Assembly (NCBI GenBank): GCA_023515725.1
Contig: JALDTO010000146.1
Location: 186,001 to 250,000, forward strand
Reading direction: 5' to 3'
Length of the DNA: 64,000 nucleotides
Source: Amoeboaphelidium protococcarum X5
Taxonomy: Eukaryota; Fungi; Aphelidiomycota
Positions 1 to 12,902 of the stretch are shown here, one piece after another (position 1 is the first letter of the stretch; every line of letters starts with the position of its first letter). The position numbers and the translations under genes are program-made. The notes below the pieces were generated by a model. It was not told where the DNA came from, did not search any database, and saw only the letters and a program-made list of their open reading frames with translations.

Positions 1-497
1 AGATGAGCAGACAGTCATCATCCATGTTTACTCAAGGTGGCCCGTAGTATGGTGGTCAGATGGTTCAGCCCGGTATGTCGACCCCTGGCCAAACGAGACC
101 GCAAGCTCCATTTTCTGCGTCTATGCCAATGATGGGATCATAGTATTAATCTCAACCGTAGTAATAGTAGTAGTATTATAATGGAAGTGGTCCTGCATTA
201 AATTAGTAGTAGGGTGGATAATTTGGATAGTAAGGACCGAATTATATTGCTGTTAACAATCCTGGCTTTCCCGGTGGCTTTCCTGGTGGGCCACAATCAT
301 AGTAGTAATTTGGAATGAATTAGTTTGGCGGTCAGCAGAATTAAAATGCTCAAATGTTTACTGCACCTAATAATCAGCGGCAGTGGTAATAACAACCTTA
401 ACAGTCGAACTACAACAATCCATTTAGTTCAGCGCAAGGTAATGGTATGGGCCAGTAGTAGCAGCGCCCGAGCGTTAATAATGACTCTTTAATTTGA
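1..497 (+). CDS. 3' end of a Q/G/N/P-rich protein with an NPF motif (endocytic adaptor-like C-terminus); 5' partial
   Basis: Frame 3 is open under TAR=Gln up to TGA 495-497. It has poly-Q runs built of TAG/TAA, an NNPFSS motif and terminal NDSLI*. Confidence 0.7.
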
Positions 498-1387
498 ATT
501 AACTCTCTGATTGATTATGAAATGAAATGCTTTGTGTTTTGATTATTTTGAAAAAGTTTATACTTGATAGACTTGCGTCTTTACACTTCTTCGCATGACT
601 GAATTTAAGACACTTGATGAATAATTGTAGCTGTAATAGGATGATTTGATCTTAGATATGCCAAATAGTTCAACATTTTATTTAGTAGCGGGCAGATGTT
701 TCATAATCTTAGAGATTGCTATAAGGCAAATCGTCTATTTAATGCTTCTGATTATTAGTCGCCGCGACTCTAAAATTCTACACTTAATAAGCTAATCAAG
801 GTGTATAATAGCACTGCAATTCGCATTCTTTAAAACATCGCATACATGATTGTACTGTATGATCATCACAAGCTAAGTGCTATGGTAACAACGATTAGTT
901 GATCTTCACGCGTCACTCCCACCTATCGGTTGTCAAGTTGAAACAATGGGAACCATCTTCACAACACCAACTCATCAGTTTATATTTGGTGTGAATTATT
1001 ATCTATTTGCCTATTCTATAAATATATATTTTTTTATTCTAGTAGGTTCATCCACCACAAGTTGACTCTATTTATTAATTTGATACATCATCCTGTCAAT
1101 AACTGACCACCCAAAGATATTACAACTGTTGCGAAATGCATGGAAACTCTAATTAGGGCGGCTTACATCAAAAGAATGAACATCTACCAGATAGCCTAAA
1201 TGGCCAGAAATTGAATGTAAAGATGGAAGATTAAGACAGTGTAGAAAATATGTATATCGCTTAGTCTGAGACGCTGCAGGTGAGAAGTAAGTTGACACAC
1301 AGTCAGTCTGAAGCAGATTATTCAGCTCCGACAATCTTTTAACACGGAGCAGCTTTGAATAATCAGTTTAGCGGTGTAAAGTTGGCA

Positions 1388-4300
1388 ATGTTGGACACAT
1401 CACAGTCTGTACCGAATTCGCCGGCCAATTATTTACGCTCTAGTTTCGATAATGCTGCACTGTCTCCCTTGTAATAGCAGCAGCATGGTGCCTCTGCAAT
1501 GTCACCCATATCTTCTTCCTTTAATGCTAGTGGTGCCGGCGTGTTGGATTTTGCATCACTGCTAAAATAAAATAGTCTTTTTGCATCTATATCCCGCGAT
1601 GGTAATGACTCTGCTTCTCAGTAGTAATTTATAGACTCAATAGCTGCCAAGATGCGAATCCGCAACTACCAAGTTGGTGATGTTATTATTCGAGAAGGAG
1701 ATATTGGTAAAGCGTTATTTCTGGTTGCTCGCGGTGTTGTTACGGTCTTGTCCAAGGACAATGAGATGGTATACGCTGATCTTGGGCCGGGCACCTTTGT
1801 AGGAGAGATTGGAGTCTTGTTTGATATTCCTCGCACGGCCAACGTGGTGGCCAAGTCTCGGTGTATGCTGGCCGTTTTGACACAGTAGGAGTTTCTGTAA
1901 ATTGTTAACAAGTACACTGAGTTTGCTGATGACTTGAGATTTGAAGCTGAGAGACGTTACAATTCCTTGATGTAACAGAAGAAGATTAAGATCTCCTTAT
2001 TTGAGAGTCTAAATAAAGCCACTCTGTCTTGTGATGCAGGAGAATAACATTAAGTTCCATTGGATTGGATAGAAGATGTACTGGTTAATACTTAATTACA
2101 TACGCTATCAAAAGCTGATTATGTATACACTCAAGATTAGGCTCTTGATAAAGACTATTGTCTGTATGTGGTGAAAAGTGGCCAAGTTTGTCTGATGAGA
2201 CATGAAAGAGATCACATCTATCTTAATATGACTGACGGATGTTTCTTTGGGGAGGAGAATGCAGTGATTCAGGTTGGTATCGCGAGCATAGTTGAAAAAG
2301 AAAGCCACTACTCTACTGCTTTAGTGTTATCTGACAGTCTCACTTATTACAAGCTGAGTGCGGTTGAAGTTTAGTAGATTCAGACGAAGCATCCAAAACT
2401 TCGTGAAAAGCTTTCCAATGCGTATGAACGCGTCAAGCATTGGGATGAATTGATTAATAGACCATCATCTGACTTGAATCCTATGTTTAGAAAGAAGAGT
2501 TTTCTGGCTCTTAGTAGAATGCATTTAGACGGTGCTGTCTCTCCCGGTGTATCTCTTGGTGCATCCAGTGACCACCTGTAGATGAATTAGCAGCAGTCAC
2601 CAGGTGAGATGAAAATGATGACTTAGAATACTTCACTAACACCTGGTCGGTATCCATAAGGCCTCTCAGAAGCTGCTGCATAATATTCACGAAGTATGTC
2701 AGCCGAATCTTAGTAGTTGTCAACAATGTAACGTGCCCTTGAGCAGCGTTTATCGGCAGAGATGCGGCGCGCTTCTACTGCTAGCTCATTTTCATCATCT
2801 TAGTCATCTGCGGCTGTTGCTGGTCTGTTCACGGCACGCCCCAATGAGTCTACTATTGGTTTTGGTGGTGGTGGATCTTTTGCCAACTCTGTATCAAGTT
2901 CACGTCGCTTCAGCGAGCTTGGAGACATTATACCAAGATAGGCAACTCCGCAGGTGGAATTGAAATCAGTTCTGATATCTCCATAGTCTGCCGCTTCTTA
3001 GTCTCCCCGGTCTCAGTCATTATCTTCAATCAAACAGGGATCTGCGAACGTGTCATAGAGCCCACTTGGTAGTTCAAAGTCATTGATAAGCAGAGACATC
3101 AATCAATCTCCTGGCTAAAGTGCAGAATCATTAAAGCAAGGCGACCGAAATGACCGTAGTGGTGCAAGGAATGCCCTCAATTTAGAGCAAGTAGTCGCAG
3201 ATAATGGGGAGGAAATAGCCGACCAAGCATAAAGCAATTCTGATTTGTCTTCAGAGTATTCTGATGAACTTATGGATGATTTTGAGGAGGGAATTGATTA
3301 GTCACGACAAGCTCAGGCTTCATCAAAGAAAAACTATGCCTCAAGAATGTCTCATCTAGTAGCCTCAGATCCTAGTAGGCGACGTGCATCTATTGCTGTA
3401 TGGACCGACTAAAAGATGGCAGCGATGGCACAACAGAAAACTGTATAGACTTTGCCGTAAACTCCAGTATCAATCCTACCATCCAGAAAAATGGCGTCAG
3501 TACTTTCACCTGCTTACACTGCTGGTAATGAAAATGCATCTTCTGCTGGCTCAAGCCTCCAGTCGCTGAACGATGATGGTGGTGACACTGATAATCTCAG
3601 ATCCAATTATCAGATACTTACTGAAGTTTTCAGATGGTTAAGTTTTAAGTAAAGATGGAATCTCCGCATTGTCACCAAGAGATGGAAATCTATCATTTAG
3701 AATTCGTACAATCTTGTTAATACGGTTGATTTGCAAGACTTTGCAAAAAGTATTGATGATGCCGCTCTAGAGACTATACTGTCTTCTGTGGGGTCATCTG
3801 TAGAAACACTGATTATTAAAAACTGCTGGAAAATCACCAATAATGGAATGAAGATCATTGGCTAATATTGTAAATAGCTCCAAGTTTTAGATATGTGTGG
3901 CTGCTGGGAAGTCACAGATGATGGACTTATGGCAATGTCTATTGGTTGTAAATTCCTCAAGGGCATAGATTTGTCTAGTTGCAGAAAGATTACAGATGCT
4001 GGCATCTTTTCCTTACTCAACAATTGCACCTCTATGCATGATCTCTACCTATCGTATTGTAAAGCACTCACTGACAATATCCTTGTGTACCTGTCCTAGA
4101 TGAGTCCAAATATACGAAGGATCAATTTGCAAAGATGTCTGGGCATCACCGACCAAGGTTTTACTCTATTTTCTGGTATTGAGACAAATCTTATGGTGTA
4201 TCAAAAGCTATAAGAATTATTATTGAATGACTGCTCGTTCCTCAGTGACTCTGCTTTGGAAGATATCTCATTTTCATGCCCAAATTTGAAAATACTGAAC

Positions 4301-4699
4301 GTCAGTTTCTGTTGTGCACTAACTGATGTCTCATGGGCGTACCTGACTGAGAGGTGTAAGAGAATGCGCATTTTGGACGCGTCATTTTGTGGCAATGCTG
4401 TAACTGATGAAGCACTCCTACTGATGGCCACCTCTTGGAATGAGTTGTAAGCATTATCTATCCGCGGCTGTGCCAAAGTAACTGACGATGGCGTAAGACA
4501 TCTGGCGCATCACGCTCACAATCTCAAGAAATTGAATGTAAGTGCATGTAAAGGGGTGAGTTCAGATAATTTCGTAGACATCACTGTTCCATGGAAGTTT
4601 TTGAGTGCTCAAATCTCCGTGATTGAAAGTGCTGGAATTGGTGGTACATCGCCCGAGGCTTTTGGCAGTTCTCACATCAGACGTTTCACAGCGCCTTGA
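1388..4699 (+). CDS. Cyclic nucleotide-binding (2x cNMP) + F-box + leucine-rich repeat protein, about 1100 aa
   Basis: Track ORFs 1652, 2168, 3893 and 4223 share one frame joined through TAR codons. Motifs: cNMP cassette FVGEIGVLFDIPRTANV, second degenerate cNMP (GCFFGEE), F-box-like ILTEVFRWLSFKQRWNLRIVTKRWKSI, and cysteine-containing LRRs (LDMCGCWEVTDDGL). TGA 4697-4699. Confidence 0.85.
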
Positions 4700-5572
4700 A
4701 ATGGCCGTTACTATTGGTATACAGAAGGTATGTCTTGTGCTTATGATGTGATAGTGATACATTTCATAGAACAGTTTATCCATAGAATTCGATATTGCAC
4801 GTATTTTGTCTACTTTATACCCCTTTTCAATCTTCATACACTTCACGGAATTACGATAGCTTTTTTCCACCGTATATTGGATATAGAATTGCTATGGGAA
4901 ACGAAATCATAGACAAAGACACAAAGTAGGCAGTCTTTGCTACTACTTTACTCAGTAATGTTAGACTTACATTGAATAAAAGCTTTTAAAACTACACCGT
5001 TCTGACTTTGACATAATATGACGCTCTGGGAAACTTTGTAAGTTTGAAATTCCGCATTATAATACAGATTGCAGTCAAGCCGTACGTTTGTGTAGGTACA
5101 AGTTGAACAGAATGGCAATGTTAAGCTGTTGTTTGGAGCTAGTGATCCTGAAGATACACGTACAGTGATGTTGCAAGCCTTAATTGATATGCTGTTGATC
5201 AAGATCTAGTAAAAGAACTTTCACTCTGAACTCAAGTTCCCTCTGCTATTAAGCTGCAGTTTAAAAGGTCCTGAGGAGAGCCAGTCACTCACTACTCATC
5301 AATTGCTCTAAGACTTAGTTAATGAAGTGGCAAATAGTGTTGGTCATTTTGAGTGAACTGTTAAAATATGAAATCTTCAGCCTTTGTGCGCGATAGATTT
5401 AAAGGCTGGTGATCGTTTCTCTACCTCTGCTTGATTGCAGTCTATAAATAGCACATCACTATCACTTACGCCCACATTTTATTTTTATACCATCACCAGC
5501 ATCAACCCCATTCTAATCTTCTGTAAATTTATTACATTTTAATCTCAAGTGAATACGTTATAGACTTGCGAC

Positions 5573-7021
5573 ATGTAAATATTATCTTCTGCTCTTACTG
5601 CAATTCTGCTGGTGGCGCTTCCAATCGTGCGTGGTGATCTTAAGGTCAACACTGAGGCATCAGCAACTGTCAGCTTATCGAATATGAATCTACTATTCTC
5701 TAAAGCTGATAGAGTGAGCAGCTACTATCTGGGTGGCTCTCGCTTCAACTCCACTACTAATGGAGCTGGGGCGGTATTGTAACGTTACAACGCTAGCAAT
5801 AATGCATTGATCTGGACTGTTACTTTGGGTGGTGTAAATGGCACCCAGTCTGAATTCCGTAACTTGAACATTTCTTCTAGCTTGATCTATGCAGTTGGTC
5901 GTACGAATGACAACGTTGATACAAGCGGTGCTGGTGGAAAGTAAGGTGGTTACGATGCTTTTCTTGCTATCATTGATTAGCTGAGCGGCACTGTGTACAG
6001 TGTCTATCAGTTTGGCTCTACTGGAGATGATGCAGGTGATGTTGTTCTTGGTATTGATCAAACTGTTTATGGTCAGTATTCTGGCAATAATATTGAGTTT
6101 AATAAGTTGCTTGTCAAGGACAATAATATTTTGTTATCCCAGACCAATGCGAATCCTTTCAACGCATCAGTGACTGCAAAGTCTTACTTCAATTATAGAA
6201 CTAATTTGGGTAGTAGCGCGCTGATTGGATCCACTGATAAATAAATCTATGACCAGTCAGTATTTGGAGGTATGGATGTTTATGTCGTTAGCATGACGCC
6301 TGGCGGTACTTATCTATCTGGTTCTACTTTCGGTACCTCTGGAGACGATTTGGTGAACGATGCTATGTTTGATCCAGTGCATGCTAACGGTACCATCTTT
6401 GTGGTCGGAAGCACTACTGGTACATTTCCTAATTAGGCAACAAACACTGGGAAATAGGCATTTCTGATGGCTGTTGATTAGTATGGCAATAAGACCTCCT
6501 GGACTACGTAGTTTGGCTCTAGTGGTAACGACGACTCTGCCACTGCTGTGTACCATAACTAAGCAAGACAGAAGATATTGGTAATTGGAAACAGCGCAAC
6601 TTCCTCCTGGATCGCGCGCTTCGATTATAATGGAAACTTGGAGCAGAAGATTGATATCAACAGCGGTGTCGCCATTGGTTTCATTCCAATCTTGAGTACC
6701 TCTGCTTAGACCAGTGGTTACGTTGCAGTTTAGTATTAGGCCGGTCAATAGTCCGCCAATGCTGCCTTGATCACATTCAGTGAGGACAATGTCATCGTTA
6801 TTGTTGAGCAACCAAGCGTTCTCAATATCGCTCTGATAGTTGGCGCGAGTCTGGGTGGTATGATATTCTGCTGCGGTTTTGTTGGTGGTCTGATCTGGTA
6901 CCTGTAGAGATTGATTAACATCAACAAGAAGAAGGCAGGATTCTCTGAGATTGCAAGTCCTGTTAGTCCGGGACCATCGCCATTCCAAGCTTCATCTGAT
7001 GCTAAGATGTTGCAGGCTTGA
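5573..7021 (+). CDS. Type I membrane protein with SBBP-like beta-propeller repeats, about 482 aa
   Basis: Signal peptide MQILSSALTAILLVALPIVRG. Repeats GGYDAFL..YQFGSTGDD, GGMDVYV..FGTSGDD and QAFL..QFGSSGNDD. C-terminal TM IALIVGASLGGMIFCCGFVGGLIWYL. TGA 7019-7021. Confidence 0.75.
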
Positions 7022-7167
7022 GTTTGGTCGAAGTTGAAAATGTAAAGGTGAGTAGTTGAATTTTGATGAGGATGTGTTGAAATACAAACTTGATGAAGAT
7101 CGTATTTAGTTTTCACCTTTTGCGATAGTTTATTGTTCTTCATTTGAGTTGTATACAGAGTAAAAGA

Positions 7168-8148
7168 ATGTCGTAGTCTTGGCTTGAGTATTAGTTTCTA
7201 AAAATGTCAGAATCTTATAGGGATTTTATGGGCTCTGAGATTGAGCGATTGGAATCCATGCCGCCATAGTTAAATCTGTGTAAACGTATCTTTAGAAACC
7301 ATCCATTTGTGATATCGAACGCGTCTCCTCTAATTCAAGGGATAGTATTTTCTGATTTGCTTGATCGGCTCAAGGGTACGTATTGTACAGTTTCTTTAAC
7401 TCCAGATGGACTGGCTGACTGTGTAATAAGCGGTCCTAATGATGAATTGATGCTAGCGCTGCCGTACGAGACACGCGTCAAGTTTTCGGAAGCTATTGAG
7501 ATGATCAAGGAATCTAAACGCGGCTAGTAAGTAGCCTACATATAGTCTCAGAATGATAATATCCACTAAGAGTTTACTGTTATACGCGAATGTATACATG
7601 ATAATATTCCTGTAGTGGCAGATGTGATGGAGTCTTCACCTGAGGCTATAAATTTATGGATTGGAAGTGGTTAGAGCATATCATCGCTCCACTGTGATCA
7701 TTACGAGAATTTCTATTACGTACTTGAAGGAAGTAAAATATTCACTCTGTTTCCTCCGGTCGATTCTTATTTTATGAAATAAGAGCAATTTAGCGTTGGA
7801 CAGTATGACGCTAATCTAGATTTGAAGCAGAATGGTTAACAGGCAAGCTGGTCTACACTCAATCCTTCAGTTCTGACGCAAAAGATTCTAAGCTCTGCTT
7901 CGGGTCAATTGCTGCCTACATTTCCGCGTCCTTACATAGTTGAAGTTAAGGCCGGTGAAATGTTGTATCTTCCTTCTCTGTGGTTTCATCAAGTTGAATA
8001 AAAAACGGATGATCGCTCGTTACTTTGTGTAGCTATAAACTATTGGTATGATATGGAATTTGGCAGTAACTTTTGCCTTGCTGAGACTCTGCGTGATATT
8101 GCCTCGAATTACGAACGCGATTAAGTTGTTGCCAGGAGTCAATTTTGA
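7168..8148 (+). CDS. JMJD7: JmjC/cupin hydroxylase, JMJD7-like
   Basis: Motifs VSLTPDGLAD, YIQSQNDN, INLWIGSGQSISSLHCDHYENFY, GEMLYLPSLWFHQV and AINYWYDMEF. TGA 8146-8148. Confidence 0.85.
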
Positions 8149-8402
8149 TGAGTACTTTCTGATAACAAGTCATTTCTGTCACTTGCTTGGGCCGGGGATT
8201 AAATCTGCATCTGTTGCCAGGAGTATAAGATGTCTGTCATTGATTAATAATCCTAATTTACGCGTTTGATTTGTATCTGATGTACTTCATTCCGTTTTCA
8301 TAAGTCCAAATTGATTGGGGAGCGATATAATTGTGCCGCGCTCTTTGGATTTCGAGCTTCAAATAGAAAAAGTAAGTGTAAATTTGTCACAACTCGTTAA
8401 AA

Positions 8403-10860
8403 ATGTAAAATAAAAGAGGATATAACAACATAAGAATCCTTTACTCAAGAAAGTTGAATTTTAAGCAGGTATTTGAAATGACGATTGATAAATCTGCTGT
8501 CAAAGGAGTCTAGTTGTAAACTGTCAGATAGCGTAAAGAACCTCCGAAGTCTTCAATTAGATGGACTTGTAAAGATTGTGGAAATGGGTTTACTTATAGT
8601 GCGGCGTAGGCAAAGATTAAGCATAAGTGTCCAGCTATTCATGGCAGTTCAACGAGAGTATCAAATGTGTTTAAAGATGCTGTAGCCTCAGCTTAGCCCA
8701 AGTTGGGTTTATCTGAGTGGGCCAAGAATGCGACGTCTGCTTCTAAGACTGCACGTGCGTCTGGTTCGCAGGGCGATAGTTCGTAGCATGGTTTGTCTGT
8801 CGCTATTGATAAACGTTCAGTGACACCATCTAACCAGTCGTTGGCTATCAAGTCATCTTCAGTTGCGTCTGTGACCGCAATCAGTAATGCATTTCCCGCT
8901 GATACTACCACCTTGTAGTCATCCCCGCATTGTAATATGGCTCAATAATAGACTCAGACTGGAAATCAGAGTCTTGAAGATTTCTTTTGAAGATGAAGTA
9001 GATGAAGTATTAGGATGGAACAGTTGAATAGTAGAAACAAAATTTGGATTACTTCATTCTGGGTGCAAAGTCTAGATCTGCTGTTTGTAACGAGAAGAAA
9101 GCCGAGCCGAGCCATCCATTTAGAGATCCTGGCTGGTAGAATATATTTGTTGATGCCCCTGATCCTCTTTTATGTTCTAGTGCTCTCTAATTGAAGTCTT
9201 ACTGTGGCGTCCGTACTTACTTCTGGGTGCCTGGACTGTTCTATTCGAAGTTTGTGCCGCATAAGCCTTGTCCTTCCTGTGGCGATGTCAAGGGCTTTGT
9301 TCACAGGAAGGGTTGGAATTCTACAGATAGGATTGTTATGAGTTTGGATAGGCAGTATCGTATCATATCAAAGGTTTACTTTTGCACTCGCTGCTAGAAG
9401 GAGTTCCGTGGACACGATGAAGAGCCTATCAAGAGACTACCATTCTTTATTTAGTAAAGATTTCCGGCTATCATAAAACCTAAGTCAGCGATCGACAAGT
9501 CTCTCGCCTCTTTGCTAGCGCAATAAGTGGTGAATGGGTAGTCATATCGTGATTTTAGGCAAGTGGTCACTGAGATGCAGAATGAGAATTTCATGGTTAG
9601 AAAGCTTGCTTTTATGACATTATAGTCTCAGAAATTGTGTAATAATCTTGGTTTATTGCCTGCAAGAGTTATCCCTAACTTTGGTGAATTCTCTGATGAC
9701 AATCTGTGGGCTGGTTCAATTCCATCTCAAGGCTTTTCATAAAATGTCTCTCAAGATCTGAGTACGAGAAATTTTGATATGCGGAAGTCATATACAGCGT
9801 CTCTTACTGGTGATATTTTGTGCGGTGATCACACCTTTGCAATTGCTGCAGTCCCATCCTGTGGTGGTGGTAGGTTATATGAAGCGATGTATACAGTTAT
9901 GAACGAAAAGAGTTAGGTACTGGGGTATTATTTTACTAATAGCACAGCGCTTAAAGATATCAAATGCGGATTGAAAGATATTTGTAAACGTTACGACGGA
10001 GGAGGCCCACAGCTATTCTATAGCGATCGATTTGCTATGATAGGGGTGCTCTTGAGGAAGCTTTTCCTACTCTTGCCGTCAAGGATGTTGCTGCCAAGTC
10101 TAGACTGCAGTTTAAAGGATAAGTGTATGTAATAGGAGATCTTGAAGGTCATAAAGAATTCTTTGCTCATCTGAGTAGTCATTTAATCGACCAAAGAGTT
10201 GTTGGATTCGATTTGGAGTGAAAAGCTGGACACATTCTGCGTAGCATTTCTTTGTCAGATCCTCAATGGAAAGATAAGACGGCTATCATTCAGATTTCTG
10301 CTGAGAAAGTGTGTGGAATTTATCAAGTTCGTAAGTTTGGTGCTTCCCTTCCTGCTGAACTGGTGGACCTATTAATAGATGAATCTATAGCTAAAGCTGG
10401 AGTTGGCATCAATGCAGATGCCACGAAATTGAAGAAAGAGTTTGCTATTGAAATGAAGAATACTGTTTGTTTAAATGGACTATACAGGCATTAGAATCCA
10501 TAAGTGAGAGTCAATAAAAGTTTCAAAGATTTATGCGAACTTGTTTTTCGGAAGCGCCTTGACAAGGATCCATCCATCAGACTCTCTAAGTGGGCTTCTG
10601 ATATTCTCTCTGAGCAACAGATTCTTTATGCTGCGACTGACGCGTTTTCTGGATACATGTTGTATCAGAAGTTGAATGGTGGTTTATTATCTGATGCCAC
10701 CGGCGACGATGTTGTTTTAAATGAAGCAAGATTCGGTGGTTCATTAACAGTAACGCGTTTGTCTTGATGCATTCCAAAACTTGAGATTTATTCATCATGG
10801 GAGGACTTTATTCAGAGCCTAGCTTTGGCGAGCGTTCGCTGGCAGCTGCATTACTTACAT
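8403..10860 (+). mobile_element. Decayed DUF6729-type putative DNA transposase carrying an inserted DEDDy 3'-5' exonuclease domain
   Basis: N-terminal CxxC..HxC finger. DUF6729-like PCPSC..KGWNS..RIVMSLDRQYRIISKVYFCTRC. Core motifs LCGDHTF (about 9827), YTVMNEKSQV and LFYSDR (about 10020). Exo motifs GFDLE*, KAGVGINAD and YAATDA. Resumed core CLDAF at about 10765. Frameshifts near 8990, 10030 and 10760 plus in-frame TGA 10219. No TIR/TSD recognised, so ends are approximate. Confidence 0.7.
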
Positions 10861-10862
10861 GA

Positions 10863-11501
10863 GACTTCTTTGACACATCACATTTGCTACCGCAGAATGT
10901 AATTGGTCCTCAAAGTACTCATTTGATGCCAATTGTCGACGGAAAGTTTTGTTTTCAATAGAAAACTTTGTTTATTATGAAGAATTTTGCTGGTGCGTTC
11001 TCTTGCCCGGATTATGAAGTTCGTGATCAGGAAGGACGTTTGTGGTTCAAGCTTGAGAGTAAAGCTTTTTCTAACCAAGGATTTAAGACTCTGCTCGATT
11101 CTAATGGTCAACCTGTCTTGAAAATGAAACGAAAATGCTTCAGTCTTAAGTATCGCATTCATCTTCCTGGAAACCACCAAGCGCTGTTCGTATTTAAGCC
11201 TTAATGGACTTGGACTCCGTAAGTGTAGTTGTTTCTGGGCGATGGCAAAGGTAAGAAGCCTGACTTTTTGCTAAAAGGTTCCTTTGGTAGCTGAGATTTT
11301 TAGCTGTTTGATGTTCGCAATGGCAATGAGGTGATGATCGCATCGGTGATCAAGTAAAGACCTTGGAAGAATCTTGGTTCTTTGGTCTCTAGCGGAATAT
11401 TATGCCACGATATTTACTCCATAACTGTGAATTCTAATGTTGACGCGTCGTTTGTTGTTTGCATTTGTGGCCTCTTTGATCAAATATTTGACCGATACTG
11501 A
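10863..11501 (+). pseudogene. LURP-one-related/tubby C-terminal-like paralog 1, 5'-truncated with a premature TGA
   Basis: Aligns with the 12093 and 14408 paralogs (MPIVDGKFC, DQEGRLWFKLESK, NVDASFVVCICGLFD). TGA 11292-11294 lies where paralog 2 has Arg. The frame is closed by TGA 10860 and the Q-rich N-terminus is missing. Confidence 0.8.
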
Positions 11502-12092
11502 TTCAATGAGTGTATATCTGATTACAGTAGTTAGCATTTGAGACATCTGCCGTAAGTAATTTAGTCGACGTGCCTTCACATTGTTGCCATTAATTTGAAC
11601 GATGAAGTAACAGTGTAAGAATTTTACAAATCATAAGTATAATGTTTAATAAATTTTATAACATTCGCCTTTAATTTAAATCAATTCATCATGGCATTTT
11701 ACTAATTTGAAGCTAAATTCTGGTATGTTGGATGCAAGATGGCACGCTACATGATTTTTGTTTCATAGAGTCTGTTTCACGCGGACTCGCCGTTTCAACG
11801 CCACAAACAAAGGCTATTTTCGATTTCGATGATCAAACGCAGATGACGAATCAGTGAAACATCATTGCTTATATATGCAGATATATTACTTTAGGCGTAA
11901 TAGAAAATGTGTAATTAATTGGTGCACATCTGACCAGGCGTGATAGTGCCAAAGGTCAAGTGCATGATTTTATCATCTGATCTCTACTCGTTGCCAGGAG
12001 CTATATTTAGAACTACTAATTATACCAGAATGATTCGCGTTTGATTATATTCATCCAGTAATAAAGAATCAGAAAGTCAAACTCTAGAATTG

Positions 12093-12902
12093 ATGGACGC
12101 TAAAGGGCAACAACAGTAGAATCCGTAGTATTATAATGGCATTCAATACGCTCCTCAGTAGGTGATTTCAGAGAAGCATTAAAATATTGGCGGAAATGCC
12201 TAGCCTCAGTGGCAATAGCAAGGTGTCCAGTAAGGTCTACCCATGATGTAACAACCTTAAAATGCACCATACTTTCCACCGCAATATACAGCTGCCCCGA
12301 AAAATAATCTCATGATGCCTATTGTGGATAGAAAGTTTTGCATGCAACAGCAAACCTACTTTATCATGTAAAATATATCTGGCGCTTTTTCCGGCCAAGA
12401 TTATCAAGTTCATGATTAATTAGGACGCCTATGGTTTAAGCTGGAGAGTAAAGCCTTTTCAGGCAAAGGTCTGAAGACTTTATTCGATTCTTATGGTTAG
12501 CCTGTGTTGAGTCTAAAGCGAAATGTTTTCAGCTGCAACATGAAGTATCGAGCTTAATTCCCTGGGAATGACAATATAGTATTTGTCTTTAATCCGAAAA
12601 TCTGGTCACTGACTCCCAAGGTGGAGATATTCTTGGGTGATAGCAAGGCCAAAAAGCCAGACTTTGTGCTGAGGGGCACCTTTGGCAATAGGGATTTTCA
12701 GATTTTTGATATTCGCAATGGCAATGAGTTTATGGTGGCATCAGTCACCAAATAGAGGCCTTGGGAGAACATGAGTGCATTTCTCTCCATTGGAATATTT
12801 GGTCTCGACACGTACTATATAACGGTGAATCCTAATGCTGACGCGTCTTTCGTTGTATGTCTATGCGCTCTATTTGATTAGAGATTTGACCAAAGGCAAT
12901 GA
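12093..12902 (+). CDS. LURP-one-related/tubby C-terminal-like (scramblase fold) paralog 2 with Q/P-rich N-terminus
   Basis: MDAKGQQQ start, MPIVDRKFC, KKPDFVLRGTFGNRDFQI, DTYYITVNPNADASFVVCLCALFD. TGA 12900-12902. Invisible in the ORF track because of TAR codons. Confidence 0.85.

Noticed and set aside
4730-5230. Protein-like stretch downstream of the F-box gene
   Set aside because: Multiple in-frame TGAs and no recognisable family.
6314-7143. Long minus-strand track ORFs (also 26012-26416, 33517-33927, 35215-35535, 44986-45375)
   Set aside because: They are antisense shadows of well-supported genes on the other strand.
8280-10870. Terminal inverted repeats or target-site duplication of the element
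   Set aside because: None could be identified by eye; the ends are probably eroded.
10219-11294. TGA recoding (Trp or Arg) at 10219 and 11292
   Set aside because: The two sites imply different amino acids, each is one transition from TGG/CGA, and both lie in otherwise damaged genes. TGA terminates all intact genes.
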